Shown here piece after piece: positions 56,446 through 64,000 of a DNA stretch of 64,000 bases. The stretch spans positions 1,034-65,033 of the forward strand of contig JAJFUH010000112.1 of the NCBI GenBank assembly GCA_021372535.1, given 5' to 3'. Positions within the stretch are counted from its first letter, which is position 1, and each line of letters starts with the position of its first letter. Source of the DNA: a bacterium. Its GTDB lineage: Bacteria > Latescibacterota > Latescibacteria > Latescibacterales > Latescibacteraceae. Position numbers and translations under genes: made by a program. A model generated the notes under the pieces. It searched no databases, was not told where the DNA came from, and saw only the letters and a program-made list of their open reading frames with translations.

Positions 56446-57840
56446 TTATTTCGAAAGACGAGCAACACTGCCGTCAATCAATCTGAATTGAGACGGCCCC
56501 AGGGTGTCCTCGACGGTGAGCCACTGGTGGCCGATATAAACCTGTAATTTGGGAAACGCACTGACAGCGGCAGAGACAAAAACCTTATCGAGATCTTTCT
56601 GGTCATCGAGGAGTTTTTGTTTGTATTTTTCCAGGGATTCAATTTTTTCCGGCAATGATTTCCGTGTCTCTTCAAGTTTTTCAAGGAGTTGAGCTTTGTC
56701 AGGCGGAAGATGGCCTTTACCATCTATTTTAATTTTATAGAGATAAATAATACTTTTTTCTAATTTCTCATCGGATTCCCGTACTTTTGCCAGTTCTTCA
56801 TCCGTATTTTTCATACGGTCGGCTAATTTTGGATCGATGCCGACCTTTATTACAGTAGGAGTACATGCAACCGAGCCGAGCCGAGCCGTTTCGACTGATG
56901 TTTTTGCCTCGCATACACCACCGACAATGGTACTTTTAGCGCCTTTCGCCATAATCGATCCTCCCGCAAACAGCCTGGCATGGTATGAATCACCAAGAAT
57001 GATAATATCGCGGTCGGCTCTAAGGCACTGGTTTTCAACAAATTTGACTGTTATATCCCTGCCAGCCTGAATCAATGAATTACCGCTTCCGGCACAACCG
57101 CCGGCAATTATGACATCATTACCACTGATTACAATCGCATCCTCTACATTTTCCCGTATTTCAACATCACCCTCGGCTTCAACCCTGAATCCGGACCTGA
57201 CAGAACCGTTTATTTTTACTGTTCCCTTAAATACAACATTACCTGTTTCATAATCGACATCACCCTTGACTTCATGAACCGGGGCTATCTGTACGACACC
57301 TTTTATAAACTGAACCTCACCATCAATGGCCGCGATTATCAGATTGGGATCGTTATCGGCAAAGGCAGTTCCCTTTCCCAGAACAATCTGAAAATCTTTT
57401 CCGGTCAATCCGGGAATCTGGTTTCCCATGACATCAAAGCCGGCTTCTCCGATTGTCGGGGGAATTTTTCTGAAAAGTTTCTGCCCCTTGACAGCCGACA
57501 CCACTTCTCCCAGATTACGGAAATCCATACTTCCGTTTTCGCGTTCGATAGCTTTTGTTTTTTTGTTAAAATCAATATATGCTTCGATTTTGGCTTTCTG
57601 GCCGTATTGCGGTTGTACCGCTTCGGCTATGACAACGGAGGGCATGGGTATTTTCGATTCGCACATTCTCTGGATGATATCTTCCTTAATTCCTGCCTTT
57701 ATTCCTTCTGCTTTCAGTTTAAGATTAACATCATTAACCGAAAGAATTTTACCTTCTCCATACGGGGGAGTGTAATTTGCCACCACTTTCATTTTATTGT
57801 CGGCAATTTTTATTTTAATTGCGGCATCAATATCAGCCAT
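56446..57840 (-). CDS. FapA-like protein (DUF342, flagellar assembly protein A family)
   Basis: 464 aa. The central region has the repeated beta-helix-like G-x-V/I pattern. There is a C-terminal coiled coil. It sits between cheZ-like and cheY. Confidence 0.55.
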   Translation of the reverse strand: MADIDAAIKIKIADNKMKVVANYTPPYGEGKILSVNDVNLKLKAEGIKAGIKEDIIQRMCESKIPMPSVVIAEAVQPQYGQKAKIEAYIDFNKKTKAIERENGSMDFRNLGEVVSAVKGQKLFRKIPPTIGEAGFDVMGNQIPGLTGKDFQIVLGKGTAFADNDPNLIIAAIDGEVQFIKGVVQIAPVHEVKGDVDYETGNVVFKGTVKINGSVRSGFRVEAEGDVEIRENVEDAIVISGNDVIIAGGCAGSGNSLIQAGRDITVKFVENQCLRADRDIIILGDSYHARLFAGGSIMAKGAKSTIVGGVCEAKTSVETARLGSVACTPTVIKVGIDPKLADRMKNTDEELAKVRESDEKLEKSIIYLYKIKIDGKGHLPPDKAQLLEKLEETRKSLPEKIESLEKYKQKLLDDQKDLDKVFVSAAVSAFPKLQVYIGHQWLTVEDTLGPSQFRLIDGSVARLSK

Positions 57841-58021
57841 TACAGCCCCCTGAGTTTCACCGTATTAAATTTTCAAAAAGTATCACTCCGGTGTTGAAAC
57901 AGTGACATCGTTTGATCTCATGCCGAACATGTCTCGGAATCAGTTCCGAAGTGTGGCACCGGCTGGTATATGCCGGGTACCAAACTGTAGTAAATATCGA
58001 TAATACAGCATGATGGTTATA

Positions 58022-58825
58022 CTACGCATCTTTATTTTTATCTGATTCGTTCAATTTATTGAGCAGTGCATTTATATCCGGCTGACCATCCGCTCCATAA
58101 ACTATTTCATCTTTCATATCAGCAGTTCCTCCGGTATCACCGGGCTGGTCGGCGGATTCTGTATCGTCTATATTTTGCGTGGTCTTTATCATTTGTGCTT
58201 TTTCCAGGTATTCGTCGGCTATTCGCTGTGATTTTGCAGACCGGTCAAAATCGAACTCCGCATTACTGTCAAACGCAGCCCCAGTTTCCTTCAGCCGTCT
58301 GATTCCCTCTTCATCGAACCCCTGGAGCAGGTCACCCAGTTTATTCTGAACTCTTCCCATTACCTGCGCAATGCTGTTTATCTGCTGCGTGGTGATATCC
58401 TGGAACTGGAGAGCATTCATGATAGAAAACAGATCATCCTGACTTCCCTCGACTTCTCCCCGAATCACCGCTGTTTTTTCTTTCATTACATCCGGATTAC
58501 ACGATTCGGCGGCATAGAGCGTTTCAATTTCATCGAGCGCGGTAGTCATTGTATTCAAGCGATTAATGACATTATCGACTTTATCCATCACTTCCGTTGT
58601 GGCCATTTCGGTTGCGCTCGTAACTTTACTGAGTTTTTCCGAGGCGGAGGGAATCATTTCCGATGATTGATGCAGATCCGAGTGTATCGAATTCAATAAG
58701 GGGACGACTTCTTCGATAAAATAGACCAGTTTAGCGATCTGCGGCATGTATTTTTTTGTGGTATCAAAGTAGCCTTTAATCGCGTTGAAGCTGTTAATCA
58801 GCCTGGTTATTTCAGCTTTTTCCAT
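58022..58825 (-). CDS. CheZ-like CheY-P phosphatase
   Basis: ALQFQDITTQQINSIAQV matches the CheZ catalytic helix (FQDLTGQ, Asp and Gln). The protein is helical and acidic, and its C-terminus is acidic like the CheY-binding peptide. Confidence 0.55.
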   Translation of the reverse strand: MEKAEITRLINSFNAIKGYFDTTKKYMPQIAKLVYFIEEVVPLLNSIHSDLHQSSEMIPSASEKLSKVTSATEMATTEVMDKVDNVINRLNTMTTALDEIETLYAAESCNPDVMKEKTAVIRGEVEGSQDDLFSIMNALQFQDITTQQINSIAQVMGRVQNKLGDLLQGFDEEGIRRLKETGAAFDSNAEFDFDRSAKSQRIADEYLEKAQMIKTTQNIDDTESADQPGDTGGTADMKDEIVYGADGQPDINALLNKLNESDKNKDA

Positions 58826-60041
58826 AATAATAAATCTCCATAATGATGAAGTATCATTGTAATCGATTTTATTTCCAATTGGTTACAGCACAACTAACAA
58901 ATAGATGCACGATAAATACATACCGTATGAAATATGTTTTTTATTTGCATAAAAGTCAACAAATTTCAATAGGTATGCTTATTATACTATCATTATAAAA
59001 ATGTTATTTTTTTGTTATTAAAATCGCGGAGCAATAAAATAAACTGAAGAATGTGCTCTTTTATATATACGATCGTGTCACAGGATTATCCGCTCATTTA
59101 ATTACCCGGATCTCAGCATAAAACACCATATTCTCAGTTTAAACAATATATTATCGACACCATCAAAGAGATTGACCCGGAAATATAACCACGCATCCTC
59201 ATTTCGCGTTATGTTTTTTTTCTATGGTTATTAAACAAATGATAAAGATAACGTCACATTATGGAGAAATATTAATTTAAATATTTTATTTATATTATTA
59301 TCAATCTATTATAGATATTTATACGCTGTATATGAAAGCGACATTCCTTTCGAATATTTTCGTCAGACGTATAAATACACCAATATTTGTATCTAATGCA
59401 TAGAGAGTTCAATCAATGATATACACAGCGACATCTTAATTATTTCAATTTGTTCGTATTATATTATATCATACTGTTATTACAGGTTATATATAAAATA
59501 TAAATTTAGAAGTAAAAACGACCTGACATGGATAATCTATCATATAAATGTAATATATTACACATAACAGTTAATGTTAAAGTGTAACATATTACACTTT
59601 ACCGTATTAAAAAGTTAAAAATTATATCATATGCTGTATTAATAAGATATTATGTATACTATATCATACTCGGTTCAATCTTCAGGGTCAGGCATGAATC
59701 CATAAGAATGAATCGTTAACATGTCATTATAATAATTATACAATATGATATTTCCCTCAAAAGAGTGCGTGCCGCTTTTCGCGGCGCCCATTTCACTTCC
59801 CCGATACCTCATTCGAGGATGGACGCTGCTTTACAGTGCCCGAGAGGACGGATAAAGGATATTACCGTATAAATGGTGTTCTCATAAAACGAGGATCGCC
59901 ATGTCGTTATATAGTATTGACCGATAAAGAAATTTTATGTATATTTATCGTGTCATATTTGTTACAGTTTCCAATGATATCCGCCTGCTGTTTATACAGT
60001 ACATATATAACTGTAAAATATTCAATTAGAATGGAGGTACA
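58826..60041. other. ORF-free AT-rich divergent intergenic island of about 1.2 kb between the cheZ-like gene and dapA
   Basis: No ORF of 60 codons or more. It contains palindromes at 59549-59562 and 59580-59599, and a GC-rich structured block at 59755-59865. Confidence 0.5.
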
Positions 60042-60923
60042 ATGATTCGTCTTACGGGTACTTTTACTGCAATGGTTACCCCTTTCAAAAATGCAGATGT
60101 TAACGAATCCATGTTAATGCGGATGGTAGATTTTCAGATAGAGAATGGCATATCCGGCCTCGTGCCATGCGGTACAACCGGCGAATCACCGACACTGAGC
60201 CACAAGGAACACCGGCTCGTTATCGACATTGTCATTAAAGCGGCTGCCGGACGGGTTCCCGTAATCGCCGGAACAGGCTCCAACAGCACCGAAGAAGCCA
60301 TAAGCCTTACCCGGCATGCTCAGGAGGTCGGTGCCGATGCTGCGCTCCTTATAACGCCGTATTATAACAAACCAACCCAGAAGGGGCTTATCGAGCACTA
60401 TAAAGCTGTTGCCGGTTCATGCGATATTCCGCTGATCATCTATAATTGCCCCGGGCGGACCGCGATAAATACAACCGCCGATACCATCGTCGAGCTTTCC
60501 GCGCTGCCCACCATTATCGGGATTAAGGAAGCGTCCGGCAATATGGATCAGATATGTGAAATCATCGGACGAACACCGGAGAATTTCACCATCCTTTCCG
60601 GTGATGATTCCATGACTGTGCCCATGATGTCGGTTGGTGCAAAAGGTGTTATCAGCGTCATCTCCAATATTCTGCCGCGAAAAATGTCCGATATGACCGC
60701 AGCCGCCCTGAATGGCGATTATACGGTCGCGTCCGCCATACATGCCGAGCTCTTTCCCCTCATGAGAACACTCATGAAGACAGAGACGAATCCTTCTCCG
60801 ATTAAAACCGCTATGAATATGTCGGGGATGGATGTCGGAACGGTAAGGCTTCCCCTGACCGAGCCGGACGATAACGGGAAAGCCCTGATCGGAAAATACC
60901 TGAAAGATGTCGGGCTGATCTGA
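60042..60923 (+). CDS. dapA: 4-hydroxy-tetrahydrodipicolinate synthase
   Basis: GTTGE and a Schiff-base lysine context (IIGIKEAS), with a GGAGG RBS. Confidence 0.88.
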   Translation: MIRLTGTFTAMVTPFKNADVNESMLMRMVDFQIENGISGLVPCGTTGESPTLSHKEHRLVIDIVIKAAAGRVPVIAGTGSNSTEEAISLTRHAQEVGADAALLITPYYNKPTQKGLIEHYKAVAGSCDIPLIIYNCPGRTAINTTADTIVELSALPTIIGIKEASGNMDQICEIIGRTPENFTILSGDDSMTVPMMSVGAKGVISVISNILPRKMSDMTAAALNGDYTVASAIHAELFPLMRTLMKTETNPSPIKTAMNMSGMDVGTVRLPLTEPDDNGKALIGKYLKDVGLI

Positions 60924-60949
60924 ATTCGTAACGATTACATGAGGTTGAT

Positions 60950-61750
60950 ATGAAGCTTGTCATGAATGGCGCCCTGGGACGGATGGGGCGCAGAATCATC
61001 ACCATTGCGTCCGAAGACACGGAAATAATGGTATCAGGCGCAGTCGAGTTCGGTCATGATGAAGACCTGGGCCGTGATGTCGGCGAGATAATCGGTATCG
61101 GGCATCTCGATGTACCGCTGACAAACGACCTGTTAAAAGCGGTAAAAAATGCCGATGTCGTCATCGATTTCACATGGCCTGATAACATCCTGATCACCGC
61201 CGCCATTTGCGGACAATCGAAAACACCCCTCGTGATCGGCACCACCGGACTCGCTTCCGGCAAACGGGGTGAACTGGAGCGGCTTGTTTCGCCGATTCCC
61301 TGTGTTATGGCGCCCAATATGAGTGTCGGCGTAAATCTCCTCTTCAAGCTTGCCGCCGAAGCCGCAGCGATTCTCGGCGAAGACTATGATGTCGAGATAA
61401 CCGAAGCGCACCACCGTTTCAAAAAAGATGCGCCCTCCGGTACCGCTGTCAGACTTGCCGAAATTGTTGCCGGCGTCCTCGACCGTAACCTCGAACAGGA
61501 GGCCCGTTACGGCAGAAAAGGCATTTCCGGCGAACGTACCCGGAGCGAAATCGGCATTCATGCGCTTCGAATCGGCGATGTCGTCGGAGAGCATACGGTC
61601 AGTTTCGGAACTGTCGGCGAAAGGGTCGAGCTCACACACAAGGCCCAGTCACGGGATGCTTTGGCCCAGGGTGCGCTCCGTGCAGCACGATTCGTGCTTG
61701 CCAACCCGCCGGGACTCTATGACATGCAGGATGTACTTGGATTTAAATAA
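60950..61750 (+). CDS. dapB: 4-hydroxy-tetrahydrodipicolinate reductase
   Basis: GALGRMGR NAD(P)-binding N-terminus and the E(x)HHxxKxDxPSGTA block (EAHHRFKKDAPSGTA). Confidence 0.88.
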   Translation: MKLVMNGALGRMGRRIITIASEDTEIMVSGAVEFGHDEDLGRDVGEIIGIGHLDVPLTNDLLKAVKNADVVIDFTWPDNILITAAICGQSKTPLVIGTTGLASGKRGELERLVSPIPCVMAPNMSVGVNLLFKLAAEAAAILGEDYDVEITEAHHRFKKDAPSGTAVRLAEIVAGVLDRNLEQEARYGRKGISGERTRSEIGIHALRIGDVVGEHTVSFGTVGERVELTHKAQSRDALAQGALRAARFVLANPPGLYDMQDVLGFK

Positions 61751-61925
61751 TTTATTAACCTTGCGCAAAACACTGCCTGCCCGGGACACAGGCTGTCAGG
61801 GGTCCTGTCCCCGATTACTAATTCGGGAACCATGTTTACATACTTTCGACAGCAGCAAAACAATACATTTCAGTATCGGGCGCGTGAAGAAGATACTTTT
61901 TCACCGCCCTTTAACGGAGGATCAT

Positions 61926-63012
61926 ATGTCGCGGACAATCGATAGAATCGCAGAATTACATGAAAAGCTCTCCAATCTCAGGAGGCTTCTTTGACATCGA
62001 TACAAAAAAGAATGAATTAGTAGAACTCCAGCGTAAGCGTGAAGCCTCCGATTTCTGGAACGACCAGAGAGAAGCCCAAAAAGTCATCGATCAGATTACC
62101 GTACGAGAAAAACCCATAAAAGCACTGGAAGACCTCCAGGTATCGTTCAACGACATTAAAGTCCTCAATGAGCTTGCCGAAGAAGAGCATGATGACGCGA
62201 CACTGAACGAAGTATCCTCTGAAATCGATACCCTTGAAAAGAATATCGGCAGCCTGGAGTTTCAGACCATGCTCGGCGGCACCGATGACCTCAAGAACGC
62301 CTTCCTTTCCATAAATTCCGGTGCAGGCGGCACCGAAAGCCAGGATTGGGCTCAGATGCTTCTCCGGATGTATATCCGGTGGATCGAGCGAAGAGGATTC
62401 GAATACGACGAAATCGACATGCAATCCGGCCAGGAAGCGGGCATAAAAAGCGTGACTATCCTCGTTAAGGGTGATTATGCATACGGTTACCTGAAAGCCG
62501 AATCAGGCGTTCACCGTCTCGTACGGATCAGTCCGTTCGATTCCAACGCCCGGCGGCACACCTCCTTCGCCTCGGTTACCGTCCTGCCCGAAGTGGATGA
62601 CAATACCGACATTGAGATCGATGAAAAAGACCTGAAAATCGATGTCTATCGCTCTTCCGGCGCTGGCGGCCAGCATGTCAATAAAACCTCCTCGGCAGTC
62701 CGTATTACCCATCTTCCCACTGGTATCGTCGTGCAGTGCCAGAATGAGCGGAGCCAGTTCAAGAACAAAGCTTTTGCACTGAAGGTGCTCAGATCGAGGC
62801 TCTATCAGCTGCACAAGGAGGAAGAGGAAAAGAAGCTGGCGGAATTTACCAAGGATCAAAAAAAGATTGAATGGGGCAGCCAGATACGTTCCTACGTTTT
62901 TCACCCCTATAATCTTGTCAAGGACCTGAGAACGGATGTGGAAACATCGAACATCCAAACTGTAATGGATGGCGACATTGACGAGTTCATCATGGCATAT
63001 CTGAGCATGTAA
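61926..63012 (+). CDS. prfB: Peptide chain release factor 2, translated via a programmed +1 frameshift: join(61926..61991, 61993..63012)
   Basis: Frame 0 reads MSRTIDRIAELHEKLSNLRRLL and then an in-frame TGA. The +1 frame continues DIDTKKNELVE... into a full RF2 with SPF (RISPFDS) and GGQ (GAGGQHVN) motifs. Confidence 0.85.
61980..61994 (+). promoter_or_regulatory. prfB programmed +1 frameshift site
   Basis: AGGAGG (an internal SD-like sequence), then CTT CTT TGA C. This is the canonical CUU UGA C slippery/stop context. Confidence 0.8.
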
Positions 63013-63118
63013 TACATTTATAATTAATGAGATAGACGATAGAATAATTATTCTGACAGCGTCACCACAACACCGTTACATAATTAATCGTGACAATCGA
63101 AAAGCCCCCGGAGGGACT

Positions 63119-63155
63119 AAAAAATCCCCTCTCTGATCATCAGAGAGGGGATTTT
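63119..63155. terminator. Bidirectional rho-independent terminator between prfB and the convergent aminotransferase gene
   Basis: AAAAAA, then TCCCCTCTCTGA, loop tca, TCAGAGAGGGGA, then TTTT. The stem is a perfect 12 bp. Confidence 0.8.
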
Positions 63156-63191
63156 GCCTAACTTTTTCACCTATGCCTTGCGCCTTCATTT

Positions 63192-64000
63192 TCAGATTTT
63201 ATAATCCCTGACAAACCGGCGGGTGATGTCTATCATGTGTTCGATACGCTCGGGCTCTGCCGCAAGGCCGAAATGCGCGATACGGAATGTGAGGGCATTA
63301 CCGTCCTTATCCTTGTATGCAAAGCCGGCACCGACCATGGTGTTGTGTTTTTCGAGATAGTAATTTCTCACCACATTGCCCAGAATACCCTTTGGTGGAT
63401 AAAAATCCGTCACCACGGGTGACGCGGCGACCGGATCGGCGCTCATACGGAATCCCAGTTCGGCGAGCCCTTCCCTGAGATGTCTTCCCGCAGCGCGGAA
63501 CCGTTCCTGGCGGTTGTATATCCCCTCTTCAATGATACGGTCGACCGACCAGTCGAGTGCGTAAAGGTAGTTGGTATTCCCCGTTACCGGCTGCGGATGT
63601 TCATCGTGCATTTTTATCGATGCATCTCGCCACGACTTGAAATCGAGGTAGAACGGCACACGGCGGTTTTTCGCGGAATCCATGTAATCCCATGCACGTT
63701 TCCCGACTCCGACCGGTGCAAGTCCCGGAGGCAGCTCAAAGCATTTCTGGCTCGCCCCTGCCACCACATCGGCTCCATGCTCTCCCATATCGACCACGAC
63801 GCCGCCGACGCCGGATACGGAATCGACGATGAGGAGCGCATCGAACTCGCGGGCGACTTCTCCAATGGGAGTAATCGGATTTACAACAGCGGTCGAGCTC
63901 TCGTTATGCGTCATATAAATAAACGGGCGACGTTTTTTCTTCATGGCGCTGCGAACTTTTTCAGGATCGGCGGCTTTACCATATTCGTCATTGACAAACG
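63192..64000 (-). CDS. Class V aminotransferase (AGXT/SerC-like), 5' end beyond the window
   Basis: GASQKCFELPPG is a PLP-lysine block like SGSQK..PPG. The frame stays open up to the window edge. Confidence 0.65.
   Translation of the reverse strand, partial: FVNDEYGKAADPEKVRSAMKKKRRPFIYMTHNESSTAVVNPITPIGEVAREFDALLIVDSVSGVGGVVVDMGEHGADVVAGASQKCFELPPGLAPVGVGKRAWDYMDSAKNRRVPFYLDFKSWRDASIKMHDEHPQPVTGNTNYLYALDWSVDRIIEEGIYNRQERFRAAGRHLREGLAELGFRMSADPVAASPVVTDFYPPKGILGNVVRNYYLEKHNTMVGAGFAYKDKDGNALTFRIAHFGLAAEPERIEHMIDITRRFVRDYKI

Noticed and set aside
1-64000. Mobile genetic elements or prophage
   Set aside because: No transposase, integrase, recombinase, phage structural or toxin-antitoxin motifs were recognised. 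The AT-rich islands lack terminal inverted repeats or flanking direct repeats that I could see.

Overview
This 64-kb window looks like a bacterial chromosomal segment. Coding density is high (coding GC about 50%). Two ORF-free AT-rich islands interrupt it: about 2 kb at 19297-21271 and about 1.2 kb at 58826-60041. All calls come from reading the six-frame translations and recognising family motifs by eye. No BLAST or HMM search was run, so distant family names are provisional.

Gene content, left to right:
- A 5'-truncated SAM-dependent methyltransferase (3-584).
- Two paralogous membrane proteins with a TMTC-like GT-C glycosyltransferase architecture, a DD motif and a C-terminal TPR array (662-2599 and 17479-19296).
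- A sugar-utilisation locus (2624-12230): Na+/solute symporter, ROK kinase, SIS protein, LmbE/PIG-L deacetylase, a secreted alpha/alpha-toroid protein that may be a lyase, an FGGY kinase and a xylose-isomerase-like enzyme.
- Glutamine synthetase glnA.
- A pair made of a YfgM-like membrane TPR protein and a radical-SAM enzyme.
- The conserved minus-strand string nusA, infB, a DUF503 gene, rbfA, truB, ribF, rpsO, pnp. rimP is missing.
- A split pair encoding a CoA-substrate-specific enzyme activase (HgdC-like ATPase x2 plus an HgdB-like domain) and a DUF2229 protein.
- A minus-strand run of dcd, nrnA, an Nfo-like TIM-barrel gene and tusA, with a convergent plus-strand Nudix gene.
- pilB and pilC, followed by a ParA-like ATPase and a large protein carrying two CheW-like domains, which looks ParC/ParP-like.
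- A Ser/Thr signalling cluster: an FHA-adenylyl/guanylyl cyclase, an FHA membrane protein, a PP2C phosphatase, and a Hanks kinase with an N-terminal zinc ribbon and a C-terminal FGE-sulfatase domain.
- A NagA deacetylase fused to a sugar kinase.
- A cheY, fapA (DUF342), cheZ-like operon.
- dapA, dapB, and prfB with its canonical programmed +1 frameshift.
- A 5'-truncated class V aminotransferase at the window end.

Recurring non-coding signals:
- A conserved intergenic element of about 65 nt occurs four times. Consensus: TTTGTG-N2-TTTGTG-N6-8-TGGTnAAATATTTTCATGAATAATCCA.
- A tandem hairpin-plus-element leader sits in front of the isomerase gene.
- The AT-rich islands carry several perfect palindromes.
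- Rho-independent terminators are clear at several gene ends.

No CRISPR array, tRNA, rRNA or recognisable transposase or integrase was seen.
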